Positions 1 to 10,971 are shown, counted from the first letter of the stretch. The stretch is DNA of 64,000 nt from Bacteroidota bacterium (GCA_013289095.1 JABDAO010000003.1:1690-65689); one strand, 5' to 3'. Program-made: numbers and translations. Notes: generated by a model not told the origin, from the letters alone.

Positions 1-510
1 TACAAACAGATATACAAACTCAAGGTCGAAAAATATCTGATCTCACTGATACGCTCGGCGCAAGCTGTGGATGGAGATATCACACTCCCCCCCGAATTCA
101 ACCGGAAATCCTACCCGTACTTCAAACGCAAATTCCGTTTTATACCAAAGCTCAACTTCAACGACGTCATCCCCAAGGATGTGATTGAAATGGCAGAAGA
201 TGAGGAACTGAGAATGAAGAAAGAAAACGAAAACATGCAGGTTCTCATCCGCCAGGAACATATATCCAAATGGCTGGAAGATATCAATTCAAAAATAAAA
301 GCCGGCGAACATGTCGAATTTGATGACTGGGTCAGCGTGATCTACCAGGCAGAGCAAAACCTGGAAGTGCCTATTGATGTTTGTTTTGGCCTTATCCAGC
401 AGCACAACAAAAATCCCGATGCCGACCTCATCGTGGAAAACGAACGAACTTTTAACCTCAACGACGACGTCACCATATGGAGAATGAAAATACAGCCTTC
501 GAATTCCTAG
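1..510 (+). CDS. 3' part of a kleisin-like (MksF/JetA-like) subunit gene, 5'-truncated by the window edge
   Basis: Frame 1 is open from nt 1, with no stop before the GTG at 67 used by the ORF track. Its stop (508-510) overlaps the next ORF start (477) by 34 nt. The assignment rests only on its position upstream of the KITE-like and SMC-like genes; no motif was recognised in the fragment itself. Confidence 0.4.
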   Translation, partial: YKQIYKLKVEKYLISLIRSAQAVDGDITLPPEFNRKSYPYFKRKFRFIPKLNFNDVIPKDVIEMAEDEELRMKKENENMQVLIRQEHISKWLEDINSKIKAGEHVEFDDWVSVIYQAEQNLEVPIDVCFGLIQQHNKNPDADLIVENERTFNLNDDVTIWRMKIQPSNS

Positions 511-1133
511 GCAAGGAAAGTTCTATCCGGTATTTTGCTGAAGCAAACTTTGCGCTTACCCAAGGCAAACATATCCAGAACTACAGCTACGATACCAAGA
601 TCTGGGATTATATCAACGACAACTACCCCAGCCTTCAGCACTATTATGAGCTGCTTTACAACTGCTTTTTACGCAAAGAAAGCAACGACCGGGACGTATA
701 TTTCTACCTCGATTTTCCAGAAGAAGGTTACGGGCGGTTTACGCGCGACCGTTGCCGGGAGTTGGAAGACAAACACGTTGTCTTTGGCATCTTGTTACTG
801 AATTCGTCCAAAGAAAAATTCTTTGAAGCAAAGGAAATGACCTGGGAAGACATCGAACAGATTACCGAAGAAGGCGAACACAAGGAACTCTGGCAGAGAC
901 TCCTCTATGGCGAACTGAAGCGAAACTACACCCCAAACGAAAAAGACGAGGTCAAACGAAAGATAGAACGCACCCTGGGCGAATTCGAACGCATGGGATG
1001 GATAAACTGGATAAACCAGGAAGCCTTTCATTTCGAGATAATGCCCAGCATAGACCGCCTGGCAAAAATGTATGCGCGTGAAATCAATGAAGTTGAACTA
1101 ACAGAAGATTACATCCATGAACAGTTATCCTAA
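477..1133 (+). CDS. MksE/JetB-like (KITE-type) small acidic subunit of an SMC-like complex
   Basis: 218 aa and acidic. It overlaps both neighbours (34 nt and 17 nt), which suggests translational coupling. Its size, charge and the segment IWDYINDNYPSLQHYYELLYNCFLRKESNDRDVYFYLDF resemble the DUF4194/MukE-like proteins encoded between kleisin and SMC genes. This is pattern recall, not a search result. Confidence 0.45.
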   Translation: MENENTAFEFLGKESSIRYFAEANFALTQGKHIQNYSYDTKIWDYINDNYPSLQHYYELLYNCFLRKESNDRDVYFYLDFPEEGYGRFTRDRCRELEDKHVVFGILLLNSSKEKFFEAKEMTWEDIEQITEEGEHKELWQRLLYGELKRNYTPNEKDEVKRKIERTLGEFERMGWINWINQEAFHFEIMPSIDRLAKMYAREINEVELTEDYIHEQLS

Positions 1134-4100
1134 GATATATTCCTTGTCAACCGTCGGGGTTCGTCAGCACAACAACTGCGATTACCTCTTGCACCCGGTG
1201 CGCACCGATTTTACGGGCGACAACGGACTTGGAAAATCAATCATCGCCGATTTGATGCAGCTCATCCTCATTCCCAAACGGGATATGTGGAAACCAGGCA
1301 CCGAAGGCCTGGACAAAAATGAGCGAAGGATCGAAGGGATCCCGCTCAACAAAACCTATGTTGATCATGCCTATGCGTTTTTCAACATCGAACGTTCAAA
1401 AGGAAAATTCATTGCCATTGGGGTGTATATCCCTAAGAATTCGCGTTATCCCGTTCGCCCCTTCATCATTCAAAAGAATGCTGATTTTTCGAAGAAAGAA
1501 CTTGATAATTTCGACCGCCCCCTGCATGCCACTGATTTTCTGGCGCCCAACAAAACGGTCATGGAGCTCAAGGAACTGAAAGCCCACCTCACGCTTCAGT
1601 ACGACATTTACCTGTACGATTATTTCCAGCACGAAGAGATCATGAATTATTATGAGACCCTCTTCGTGAATCACATTGTCCCGATTGATCTCACCAAGGA
1701 AACCAACCTGAAAGCCCTTGCCAAGATCCTGCAGTCATTCTCCCGTGCCAAAACATTGGATGTTACCAATTCGCGCTCGCTCCAGAACTTTCTGTTCGAA
1801 GACAACGATGAGATCAAGACCATGTTTGATGAGCAGAAAGATCAGCTCGAAAACTACATCAAACAATACAATTCAAGCCGCGATCTGATCAAGGAACTCG
1901 ATCAAAAACAAAACAAGCTTACCCAGCTCAAGAAAATGCTGGATAAGAGCATTGGCTCGCGCGATGAATTTTTAACAGCCGACACGATACATGCCTACAA
2001 CTTTTTCATCGAAGCCCAGCGTCATTATAACGAAAACAAAACCCGTTACGAAAGCGCCACCCGGAGCCTTGATAAAAACAAGAAGGAAGTAAAATCGCTC
2101 ACCGAAAACACACTGAAAGCATACCAGGACCTGAATGCGGTAAACAATCACCTTCAGAAATACTACGAAGACCTGATCCCGACACTGAGCGACCGCAAGA
2201 TTGAGGAAAAAAGAAACCAGGCCAACGAATTGTTCATCCTGGTGAACGAGCTCGAAAAACTGGCCCCGATCTTTAAACGCTATCAAAGCGCACAAGCCGC
2301 ACAAGAAAAAATGCGGGAACAGGAAAAATACCGCGACCGCAAGGCAAAACTAAAACTGCTGAAAGGAATCCGCTCCTTCGCCGATTTCGAAAAATCTGAA
2401 TGGGCCACTGATTTCCATAGCGCTGTCAAGAGTTATCCCGAAAAAGTGATCGAGCTCCCACGTACGATTGAACAACTCAGCGGTTTGCTCGAACTTTATG
2501 ACAAAAGCAATGCAGACTCGTTGTTCCATTGGGCTGTAAGTGAGAAAAAACCACTGAGCAAACAGCAGGAATCGGTGCTGATGCACCTCAAAGACATTGC
2601 AACACGCAAACCATCGGGCAAGGAATCGGATATACTCAAGTATACGACAAACCCCCTGGTGCTCATCAATAGCTTTGAGGAAGATGCAAAAGGCGAACTC
2701 TGGCTGGTACTGGGCGAGCTGCGTGAATTTGTCCCCTCCGTCGGAAAACAGAAATTCGATGACGCAAAAAAATTGAAGACCGTTCTTGAAAAAGACCGCA
2801 AAGAAATTCTTCAAAATCTGAAAGATGCCGAAGAAGAGCTCCTTTTCATCAAGAAGCTCAACCTCGAACTCCTTGAAATAGGTTACAATGCCGACATGTT
2901 TGAGGCCTATAAAAACCGGAAAAAGATAGAGGTTTACGAAATCGATGACGATCTCAACAAAACGGTGCTCGAAGCCCTTCTTGAAAATGAAGAACAACTC
3001 GGAGCCTTTGATGAACTGGAACGTCAATACCAAAATGCAAACCGTGAAGCCATCCGGCTTGCCCAGCAACAGACTGAATTTAAGCTCAAGCTGGAGCAGA
3101 TCCTGGATGATAACGACAAATGCAAATACGAGATCAACAAGCTCAAGGAAGAACTTCCCTACAAAACCGAATGGCATAAACCCAAATTCGAAACCCTTTC
3201 TACAGAGGATATCATCGGCCAGAAAAGCCAACTCGAACGAAGAGTGGAAGAAATGGAGCCGGAAAAGGAAGCTGCCGTCAGAAACCAGATTTCTATTGAT
3301 GGTGTGGTGAAAGCCTGCCAGGAAAAGGATCCTCAGTTGAAACTGGAACTGGAAAAAACCCAGGCTGTGTTTGATGAGAAGCGGACTGATCTCGAAAAAG
3401 ACACCAATCTCAAATGGGAGGACCTCCCCCACCTCGGTGATTACACTACCACACGAATCATACAACTGGCCGAAAAATCTGTGACCGACCGGAGAAATTA
3501 CGAAAATGAGTTTACACGCATTGCCCAATCTTTTGACGAAACAAAGGACAATAAAAACCAGGAACTCGAAACGGATAAATTCAACTTCCAGACCCTGGTC
3601 AATGTACTCTGCGGAAAACTGGGATTAGAAGGCATTGGCCCGGAACTGCTCAAACTGAATGAGGAGCTTAAAAAATTCGGAGACCTCCAGCTCACCATCA
3701 TCCTCAACGTGTTTGATCAGGTAGCCCGTCAATACCAAAACTTCCGGAAACTGATTACCGAACTGAACTTCTTTTTTCAGGAAAACAGGATCAGCAACAA
3801 CTACCAGTTCAGGATTGAATTCGTTGAAAAGAAGGAAATTACCATCGAATGGATCAGGAAAATGCGTGAAAAAGCCAAGGTCCAGAAATTCGGAGCCGAT
3901 CTTTTCACCGAAATCGAGGACATCGACAAAACCCAGAATTCACCCGAAAAACTGATAGTCAATATTGCAAAGACATTCAGTACCATTAAAAATTGTGAGC
4001 TCAGCGATTTATTAAACCCGAAATTCTATTTTGAGCTGAAAGTAGGTCTTTTTGATGATGTAGGCATAAAGTACACAGGATCAGGTGGTCAGGCATATAC

Positions 4101-4419
4101 TGCCCTTGCCCTGCTTTGTATCGGAAGGCTTTCTGTGATCCAGAAAGACAGGACCCGGGCCGGGGTCAAATTCATCATCATCGAAGAGCTCTCAAATATC
4201 GATGATCTGAACTTTAATCTCTTTCCTCAGATAGCAGGACAATTTGGTTACCAACTCATTACGATGACGCCCAAACCTTTTGGATCGTACACCGATGAAG
4301 ACTGGTTCCTGCACATGCTTATCCGGGGCAAGGATAAAGACATCAACTACTCACCGATGAGCTTTTTTAAGACCCGAAACAGTAAAAAACTGCTGAACGA
4401 CTTTATCGAAGCCAGATAA
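1117..4419 (+). CDS. SMC-like ATPase of the MukB/MksB/JetC class
   Basis: 1100 aa. N-terminal P-loop FTGDNGLGKSIIADLMQLILIP, then about 900 aa of charged, heptad-rich (coiled-coil-like) sequence with a less regular middle. C-terminal head has YTGSGGQAYTALALL (signature-like), KFIIIEELSNID (Walker B) and YQLITMTPKPF. Confidence 0.75.
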   Translation: MNSYPKIYSLSTVGVRQHNNCDYLLHPVRTDFTGDNGLGKSIIADLMQLILIPKRDMWKPGTEGLDKNERRIEGIPLNKTYVDHAYAFFNIERSKGKFIAIGVYIPKNSRYPVRPFIIQKNADFSKKELDNFDRPLHATDFLAPNKTVMELKELKAHLTLQYDIYLYDYFQHEEIMNYYETLFVNHIVPIDLTKETNLKALAKILQSFSRAKTLDVTNSRSLQNFLFEDNDEIKTMFDEQKDQLENYIKQYNSSRDLIKELDQKQNKLTQLKKMLDKSIGSRDEFLTADTIHAYNFFIEAQRHYNENKTRYESATRSLDKNKKEVKSLTENTLKAYQDLNAVNNHLQKYYEDLIPTLSDRKIEEKRNQANELFILVNELEKLAPIFKRYQSAQAAQEKMREQEKYRDRKAKLKLLKGIRSFADFEKSEWATDFHSAVKSYPEKVIELPRTIEQLSGLLELYDKSNADSLFHWAVSEKKPLSKQQESVLMHLKDIATRKPSGKESDILKYTTNPLVLINSFEEDAKGELWLVLGELREFVPSVGKQKFDDAKKLKTVLEKDRKEILQNLKDAEEELLFIKKLNLELLEIGYNADMFEAYKNRKKIEVYEIDDDLNKTVLEALLENEEQLGAFDELERQYQNANREAIRLAQQQTEFKLKLEQILDDNDKCKYEINKLKEELPYKTEWHKPKFETLSTEDIIGQKSQLERRVEEMEPEKEAAVRNQISIDGVVKACQEKDPQLKLELEKTQAVFDEKRTDLEKDTNLKWEDLPHLGDYTTTRIIQLAEKSVTDRRNYENEFTRIAQSFDETKDNKNQELETDKFNFQTLVNVLCGKLGLEGIGPELLKLNEELKKFGDLQLTIILNVFDQVARQYQNFRKLITELNFFFQENRISNNYQFRIEFVEKKEITIEWIRKMREKAKVQKFGADLFTEIEDIDKTQNSPEKLIVNIAKTFSTIKNCELSDLLNPKFYFELKVGLFDDVGIKYTGSGGQAYTALALLCIGRLSVIQKDRTRAGVKFIIIEELSNIDDLNFNLFPQIAGQFGYQLITMTPKPFGSYTDEDWFLHMLIRGKDKDINYSPMSFFKTRNSKKLLNDFIEAR

Positions 4420-4445
4420 TCGCATTTTTTTGTGAATTCCTCCAG

Positions 4446-4480
4446 AAGGTCTTCGGGTATCCCGAAGACCTTTTTTATTT
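4446..4480 (+). terminator. Rho-independent terminator of the SMC-like operon
   Basis: Perfect 12-bp stem aaggtcttcggg / cccgaagacctt with a 3-nt loop, followed by ttttatttt. It lies 27 nt after the stop codon. Confidence 0.7.
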
Positions 4481-5183
4481 TATCAGGAGCGCTCAGCGAT
4501 ATCAGCGTAACTCAGGGTTATCATCATTGAATCTATATAGCACAAAGCAATACAGCTTGCCGGTCGCAGGAAATTGCAGTTGTCAACCGTCCCCCATGCC
4601 AAACAAATTCCTCATCGTGTTCATTTTTGAAAGAATCTGAAAAAATCAGGAGGATTATTGAAACTAAATGACTTCTCTAGCGTAAAAAATACATTCCCCA
4701 CATTCACAGGATAAGGATAATTTAGTCGTCTCGAAGGTAGCAGGTATCGTTTCTGATGCCTAAACAGACAACTAACTTTGTAAGCCCAAGCTTTTAAAAT
4801 CAGATAACCTGCTTTGGGGATCAACATTTAGAACGAGTCACCTATGCAGTACAAACTATCTCTTATCGGCATTTTCCTTTATTTCACCAGTTTCGCGGTT
4901 GCAAGGGTATGTCTTGATAGCGATAACCGGGAAGTTCTAAAACCGGTGACAAGCACCCTGCCTCATCCTGTCAGGATTGTTCAAGTGGCCGATCTCAATG
5001 ATTTGAGTTATTCTTATTCTTCCCGGAGTTCCCAGCTTATCAAATAGCCCATCTTCGGACACCCCTCACATTTCTGGGCGCAGTATACGTACAAGTTTAA
5101 CCTGCCATGGTTCGCGTAAAGGTATGGGGCTTTTTATTGGATTCTAAAAATTCGCTACCTTCACCTCACCAGAACACCCCCTT

Positions 5184-6581
5184 TTGCCCGACAGACAGCT
5201 TCCATTCGCCAAACAGATTTCATATGCCTGCGGAATGCTTGGCTGGAGTATCCTCACCAATATTATCGGTGTACTTCTCATTTATTTCTACCTGCCTCCA
5301 GGCAATTCCAAACTGGTTACGTTACTGGCCCAGCTCACTCTATTAGGCGTATTCAACCTTCCATCTGTGATCACCATCGCGGGGCGGTTGGTGGATGCCT
5401 TCTACGACCCCTTTATCGGACAGGCCAGCGACCGCAGTAAAAACCTCAAAGGCCGGCGTATTCCTTTTATGAAATGGAGCATATTTCCGGCGGCCATTTT
5501 CTGTATGCTGGTGTTCAGGCCACCCGATACCGGGGTAAGTGTTGCCAATGCCGCATGGCTCACGGTTACCCTGATCCTTTTTTTTATCTCGGCCACCACC
5601 TACATCATTCCCTACAATGCCCTGATGCCCGAAATGGCCAGGACAAACGAAGAAAAGGTAAAATTCTCGACCTTTCAGCAGGTCGGTTTTGTGTTCGGTA
5701 TGATCATCGCCTCCTCCACCAGCAACCTGGCCGATCTGATCATGTGGCTTGCCCCGGCCTTTAACCGGCTTCATGCCTTTCAGATGGCTATCTGGTGTCT
5801 GTGCGGATTGGGGGCGCTATTCATGCTCATACCCGTACTCTCGATCGATGAAAAAAAATATTGCAAAGCGGCACCTTCTACTCTCACCCTTATGCCTGCC
5901 ATCAGGCAAACACTGAAGAACCGTAATTTCATTTATTATATCTGTGCAGACTTTTCGTATTTCATGGCGCTTTATATCATCATGAGCGGGTTACAGTATT
6001 TTGTAACCGTACTTTGTGGTCTTCCGGAATCAATTGGAGTAGTGATTGTGGGCTCTATGGTAGGGCTATCCTTGCTCTTTTATCCGTTGGTCAATATCCT
6101 GGCCCGGCGTTTCGGGAAGAAACCACTGGTGATCATTTCTTTTCTGCTTCTTGGAACAAATTTTCTTTGCATTTATTTCCTGGGCAAATTTCCATTCCCT
6201 CCCAAATTACAGGTATGTATGCTCGTCTGTCTGGCAGCATTTCCGCTGGCAGCCCTGGGTATCCTGCCTCCTGCTATCCTTGCGGAGATTGCTGCCGAAG
6301 ATGCAGCCAGTACAGGTGAGAATAAGGAAGGGCTTTTTTTTGCCGTTAAATACTTTTCGGTGAAACTTGGTCAAACCTTTGGAATTGGCTTGTTCGCCAC
6401 ACTCACCCTCTATGGAAAGGATCCGGGACACGACTACGGCCTCAGACTGAACGGGCTTTTTGGAGCAGCACTTTGCGTCCTGGCTATCGCCGTGTTTTCG
6501 AGGTTTCGGGAAAAGAGAAACGGGCATGCCCCCGGAGCCAATCGGGGCCTGTCTGAGCAAAACAAAAACGTCCTGCCGTAG
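5184..6581 (+). CDS. MFS transporter of the glycoside-pentoside-hexuronide (GPH, MelB-like) type
   Basis: 465 aa and polytopic. Carries the GPH-type motif DAFYDPFIGQASDRSKNLKGRRIPFM after the first TM pair. The TTG start at 5184 is uncertain. Confidence 0.75.
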   Translation: MPDRQLPFAKQISYACGMLGWSILTNIIGVLLIYFYLPPGNSKLVTLLAQLTLLGVFNLPSVITIAGRLVDAFYDPFIGQASDRSKNLKGRRIPFMKWSIFPAAIFCMLVFRPPDTGVSVANAAWLTVTLILFFISATTYIIPYNALMPEMARTNEEKVKFSTFQQVGFVFGMIIASSTSNLADLIMWLAPAFNRLHAFQMAIWCLCGLGALFMLIPVLSIDEKKYCKAAPSTLTLMPAIRQTLKNRNFIYYICADFSYFMALYIIMSGLQYFVTVLCGLPESIGVVIVGSMVGLSLLFYPLVNILARRFGKKPLVIISFLLLGTNFLCIYFLGKFPFPPKLQVCMLVCLAAFPLAALGILPPAILAEIAAEDAASTGENKEGLFFAVKYFSVKLGQTFGIGLFATLTLYGKDPGHDYGLRLNGLFGAALCVLAIAVFSRFREKRNGHAPGANRGLSEQNKNVLP

Positions 6582-6596
6582 CGGCAGGACGTTTTT
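6569..6596. terminator. Bidirectional hairpin terminator between the convergent MFS gene and dnaK
   Basis: Stem cgtcctgccg / cggcaggacg, flanked by an A-run upstream and ttttt downstream. It overlaps the MFS stop codon (6579-6581). Confidence 0.6.
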
Positions 6597-6615
6597 CCTA
6601 TTTACAGATCCGGAA

Positions 6616-8538
6616 TTATTTTTTTTCTTCCTTCACTTCTTCAAAATCAACATCGGTCACTTCACCGTCTTTGTGATTTGAATCAGCTTTATGACCGGCA
6701 TCTGCCGGGCCGGCATTACCGCCCGGGGTTTCCTGTGTGGCTTTGTACATTTCCTCACTGGCTGCCTGCCAGGCGGTGTTGAGACTGGCCATGGTGGCAT
6801 CCATCTGGGCAATATCCTTGGCCGCATGTGCTGCTTTCAGATCGGTCAATGCCGTTTGGATAGCTGCTTTCTTATCGGCCGAAAGCTTGTCGCCATAATC
6901 CTTGAGTTGTTTTTCAGTCTGGAAGATGGTGGTATCAGCCAGATTTGTTTTTTCAACCTCTTCTTTTACTTTCTGATCGGCTTCGGCGTTTGCTTCGGCT
7001 TCGCGTTTCATACGGTCTATTTCGGCCTGGGTCAGACCCGATTTGGCTTCGATACGGATGTTATGCGATTTACCGGTGGCTTTGTCCTTGGCGCTCACCT
7101 GCAGGATGCCGTTTGCATCGATATCAAACGTTACTTCAACCTGTGGAAGACCACGTGGAGCTGGAGGAATGCCATCGAGGTTAAATTCGCCCAGTTTACG
7201 GTTATCGCGTGCCATCGGACGTTCGCCCTGGTACACAATGATCTGAACAGAAGGCTGGTTATCGCTGGCTGTTGAAAATGTTTCAGATTTCTTGGTCGGG
7301 ATCGTGGTGTTCGACTCAATGAGCTTGGTGAATACACCGCCCATTGTTTCGATGCCCAGCGACAGTGGCGTCACATCAAGCAACAGTACATCTTTCACTT
7401 CGCCTGTAAGTACACCGCCTTGAATGGCAGCTCCGATTGCAACAACCTCATCCGGATTAACACCTTTAGAAGGGGTTTTTCCGAAGAATTTTTCAACCGC
7501 AGCCTGGATAGCAGGGATACGTGTTGAACCTCCCACCAGGATGATTTCGTTGATATCGTTTACGGTCAGATTTGCATTCTTGAGGGCCGAGCGGCAAGGC
7601 TCAATGGTGCGTTTGATAAGGTCATCAACCAATTGCTCGAATTTTGCACGGGTAATGGTACGCACCAGGTGTTTCGGGATACCGTCAACAGGCATGATGT
7701 ATGGCAGGTTGATTTCGGTAGTGGTAGCGCTCGAAAGTTCAACTTTGGCTTTTTCAGCCGCTTCTTTCAGACGTTGCAGGGCCATCGGGTCCTTCGTAAG
7801 ATCAAGACCTCCGTTTTCGGATTTGAATTCGGTCACCAGCCAGTCGATAATCTTCTGGTCAAAATCATCACCACCCAGGTGTGTATCACCATCGGTCGAT
7901 TTCACTTCGAAAACACCATCGCCCAGTTCAAGAACCGATACGTCATGTGTTCCACCGCCGCAGTCGAACACCACGATTTTCATGTCCCTTGATTTTTTAT
8001 CAAGGCCATAAGCAAGAGCTGCGGCAGTAGGTTCGTTGATGATCCGTTTTACGGTAAGACCGGCAATTTCACCCGCTTCTTTGGTAGCCTGACGTTGTGC
8101 ATCATTGAAATAAGCCGGAACAGTGATAACCGCTTCGGTTACTTCGTGGCCCAGGTAGTCTTCGGCAGTTTTCTTCATCTTCTGAAGAATGATGGCCGAA
8201 ATTTCCTGTGGAGAATATTTACGTCCGTCGATTTCAACACGTGGGGTGTTGTTATCGCCTTTCACTACTTTATACGGCATGCGAGCCATTTCTTTTCCTG
8301 CTTCGTCGAACGTGATGCCCATAAAGCGCTTGATCGAAGAAACGGTCTTGGTTGGGTTGGTGATGGCCTGGCGTTTGGCAGGGTCACCCACTTTGCGTTC
8401 TCCGTCGTTGGCGAAACCTACGATAGAAGGCGTAGTCCTTTTTCCTTCGCTGTTTGCGATGACAACCGGTTCATTGCCTTCCATGACAGACACGCAGGAG
8501 TTGGTTGTTCCCAAGTCGATTCCAATTATTTTTGCCAT
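6616..8538 (-). CDS. dnaK: Molecular chaperone DnaK (Hsp70)
   Basis: 640 aa. Contains [26 protein letters not shown] (as [14 protein letters not shown]), [14 protein letters not shown] and a C-terminal EEVKEEKK tail. Confidence 0.98.
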   Translation of the reverse strand: MAKIIGIDLGTTNSCVSVMEGNEPVVIANSEGKRTTPSIVGFANDGERKVGDPAKRQAITNPTKTVSSIKRFMGITFDEAGKEMARMPYKVVKGDNNTPRVEIDGRKYSPQEISAIILQKMKKTAEDYLGHEVTEAVITVPAYFNDAQRQATKEAGEIAGLTVKRIINEPTAAALAYGLDKKSRDMKIVVFDCGGGTHDVSVLELGDGVFEVKSTDGDTHLGGDDFDQKIIDWLVTEFKSENGGLDLTKDPMALQRLKEAAEKAKVELSSATTTEINLPYIMPVDGIPKHLVRTITRAKFEQLVDDLIKRTIEPCRSALKNANLTVNDINEIILVGGSTRIPAIQAAVEKFFGKTPSKGVNPDEVVAIGAAIQGGVLTGEVKDVLLLDVTPLSLGIETMGGVFTKLIESNTTIPTKKSETFSTASDNQPSVQIIVYQGERPMARDNRKLGEFNLDGIPPAPRGLPQVEVTFDIDANGILQVSAKDKATGKSHNIRIEAKSGLTQAEIDRMKREAEANAEADQKVKEEVEKTNLADTTIFQTEKQLKDYGDKLSADKKAAIQTALTDLKAAHAAKDIAQMDATMASLNTAWQAASEEMYKATQETPGGNAGPADAGHKADSNHKDGEVTDVDFEEVKEEKK

Positions 8539-8844
8539 AATCTCTATAATTTTTAGTGTGTTTTACTTTTTTGTTTCTGTGAGTCAGTCTGGCAAGTCAA
8601 TCCTCATGCCATGTCACCATTCGGGCAATAATGTCAGTTGTTTGGAGAAGTCTTTAAAGGATGACATCCGCAATAGATGACAAAAAGGCAGAATTGAGGG
8701 TTAAATCAGGAATCCCGGGGCGGTACCGTTTACCAATCTGCATCGTTTTTGTGTGGCAGGAAAGTAAAAGCCTGAAGGCTTCTTCTTTCACCCCTGGGCC
8801 TCCGCTTCAGGGGCAAGCCCCTGCTTTCACGCAAGGCCTCCGCT

Positions 8845-9885
8845 TCAGGGGCAAGCCGCAGCTACGTTTCCGATATGGTCGGCAATATGGAGCGGACAGG
8901 TGAGGGTATCTTGTGCAAGCTGATCGAGTGTATTGTTTTCGATGGGTTTATTGTAGCTTGGCACATCGAAGAGATAACGGGCCGAAAAAAGACCAACTCC
9001 GTTGGTAATATTGGAATAGGTGGGTTTATCTCCGGTAATAGAGCTAACCGGCTCATTTACTTGCTGATAGGTATAGAATTCATCTCCTCCGACATACAAC
9101 ATCAATTCACAGAGGCCCATCACCCTTTTATAGACGGTTGGATCGTTTGGAATGGAAGAGGCCAGGAAATGTTCGAATTGAACCCAGTTTTCATCGGCCT
9201 CCATCGGCTCGCCACCGCTCAACCCCGAAGTAATGGAGTTACCAAAATCGAGGTCTACATACTTGCTTGTGGTCCCGCTGATGGCGTATTCAGTATAGTG
9301 AAAACGCATGACCAGGTCATAAACCCGGCCATTGAGGTCAGAAGTCCACTTTAACCGCTCAGGGGTAGCTGTATTGGTATTATAAAATTTATAGGCTGAT
9401 GGGGGAGCAAAACCCATATCAGCCGCCGAAAAAGCGACCAGACTGGTTAGTCCGGTTGCGGTATAGCCCGTTTTAGGATTGGTAACTGTTAAGCTATACT
9501 GAGAAGCGGGGTTGAGGGCATTCACTCCTCCGGTATGAACCCGGTAAAGTATTTGAGGCTGATTGGCAAAGGCCCCGGGGTCCTGAACGAGCATGGAAGT
9601 GGTATCAACGCGGCAGGAGCTCACGAAGGCCCCGTTTTGCCATTGTTGAACGCTTACATTCAGCAGATTCGTGTAGTTTATCGAATCGTGTATGGTTGCC
9701 ATATTATAAGCATTTCCCTGACCCAGAAATGTTTTGTTGATACGGATATATTGTACGCTGTCAGCCTGGTTCAACAGGCCATAGATAACCATCTGCTCCT
9801 TGTACGGAGCCAGCAGGTTAATATCGCTTTTACAGGCGCCCAGTAAGATGGCGGTTAAGGAAACAAGGAAAACTACTTTCTTCAT
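8845..9885 (-). CDS. Hypothetical lipoprotein
   Basis: I placed the start at the internal ATG (9885), giving MKKVVFLVSLTAILLGACKSD, a lipobox-type signal with Cys. No family was recognised. Confidence 0.6.
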   Translation of the reverse strand: MKKVVFLVSLTAILLGACKSDINLLAPYKEQMVIYGLLNQADSVQYIRINKTFLGQGNAYNMATIHDSINYTNLLNVSVQQWQNGAFVSSCRVDTTSMLVQDPGAFANQPQILYRVHTGGVNALNPASQYSLTVTNPKTGYTATGLTSLVAFSAADMGFAPPSAYKFYNTNTATPERLKWTSDLNGRVYDLVMRFHYTEYAISGTTSKYVDLDFGNSITSGLSGGEPMEADENWVQFEHFLASSIPNDPTVYKRVMGLCELMLYVGGDEFYTYQQVNEPVSSITGDKPTYSNITNGVGLFSARYLFDVPSYNKPIENNTLDQLAQDTLTCPLHIADHIGNVAAACP

Positions 9886-10152
9886 GTATCTTCTTTTACA
9901 GCTCTTGCAGATTTTTGATAAATCAGTCCTGGTGGGGATCCGGGAGGGAGTGCGCGAATTTACCAAATATCTGTCAAAACAGCTTGATTTATAAAAAGAA
10001 ATTACCTTTGAACCCGATTTGAATACACCGGATTTCTGGCCTGTGATCGCGGATCAATTTCCAAAACCACAAAATCCGGTATTCAACCCAGGACTGCCTG
10101 GCGTTGTTTCGGAGCATCATCCGGTACGACTTACCAACAAACCACAGAACCT

Positions 10153-10971
10153 ATGTCTATCCATAAAAAAGAATTCAAAAAGGTCACGACCCATGTACTT
10201 CAGGAAATGAAGCGCAACGGAGAAAAGATCTCCATGCTCACAGCCTATGATTATACCCTGGCAAAAATTGTGGATGCCGCAGGCATTGATGTGATCCTGG
10301 TAGGCGATTCGGCTTCAAACGTTATGGCCGGTCATGAAACCACCTTGCCCATCACCCTCGACCAGATGATTTATCATGCCTCCTCCGTGATCCGGGCCAT
10401 TGACAGAGCCCTGGTGGTGGTTGATCTGCCTTTTGGATCGTATCAGGGCAATTCGAAAGAGGCTTTGTTCTCGTCTATCCGCATCATGAAAGAATCAGGC
10501 GCACATTCGGTCAAACTTGAGGGAGGACGGGAAGTGAAAGAATCCATTGCCCGTATCCTCACGGCCGGTATACCGGTGATGGGGCATCTGGGACTTACTC
10601 CTCAATCGATCTACAAATTCGGCACGTATAATGTCAGGGCCAAGGAAGAAGAAGAAGCCGAACGCCTGCTCGAAGATGCGCATATCCTCCAGGAATGCGG
10701 GTGTTATGCCCTGGTCCTCGAAAAAATACCCGCCCTGCTGGCAACCAAGGTAGCCGCTGAACTGACCATACCGGTGATTGGCATCGGGGCAGGAGGAGGA
10801 GTAGACGGACAGGTACTGGTGGCCCACGATATGCTGGGCCTGACCACCGAATTTTCGCCCCGTTTTTTACGCAGATATGCCAATCTGGATGAAACAATTA
10901 CGGCTGCAGTAAAGGGATATATTACCGATGTAAAATCTCGGGATTTTCCGAACAAGGACGAACAATACTAA
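10153..10971 (+). CDS. panB: 3-methyl-2-oxobutanoate hydroxymethyltransferase (ketopantoate hydroxymethyltransferase)
   Basis: 272 aa. [48 protein letters not shown] and [10 protein letters not shown] are typical PanB blocks. Confidence 0.93.
   Translation: MSIHKKEFKKVTTHVLQEMKRNGEKISMLTAYDYTLAKIVDAAGIDVILVGDSASNVMAGHETTLPITLDQMIYHASSVIRAIDRALVVVDLPFGSYQGNSKEALFSSIRIMKESGAHSVKLEGGREVKESIARILTAGIPVMGHLGLTPQSIYKFGTYNVRAKEEEEAERLLEDAHILQECGCYALVLEKIPALLATKVAAELTIPVIGIGAGGGVDGQVLVAHDMLGLTTEFSPRFLRRYANLDETITAAVKGYITDVKSRDFPNKDEQY

Noticed and set aside
2350-3528. 392-aa ORF on the - strand.
   Set aside because: It is antisense to the coiled-coil region of the SMC-like gene. Low-complexity Lys/Glu codons give a stop-poor Phe/Leu-rich complementary frame. 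It is a shadow ORF.
4880-5010. Cobalamin-riboswitch-like fragments (cgggaag ... ccggtgacaag ... gtcaggat ... agtggcc) upstream of the MFS transporter.
   Set aside because: The matches are short and out of the consensus order or spacing. The downstream gene is a GPH-type sugar transporter with no B12 link. An Infernal scan would be needed to revive this.
4621-5346. Small ORFs (67-79 aa) in the spacer after the SMC-like operon, considered as jetD remnants.
   Set aside because: I recognised no Toprim or other motif in any frame and the ORFs are short and unconnected. Neither a pseudogene nor genes can be supported by eye.
8797-8857. 23-bp direct repeat ggcctccgcttcaggggcaagcc (8797-8819 and 8835-8857), the second copy overlapping the lipoprotein gene stop.
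   Set aside because: It is short and embedded in cagggg/cccctg hairpins. It is most simply explained as terminator stem-loops between the lipoprotein gene and the dnaK promoter region. That is too little to claim an insertion scar.
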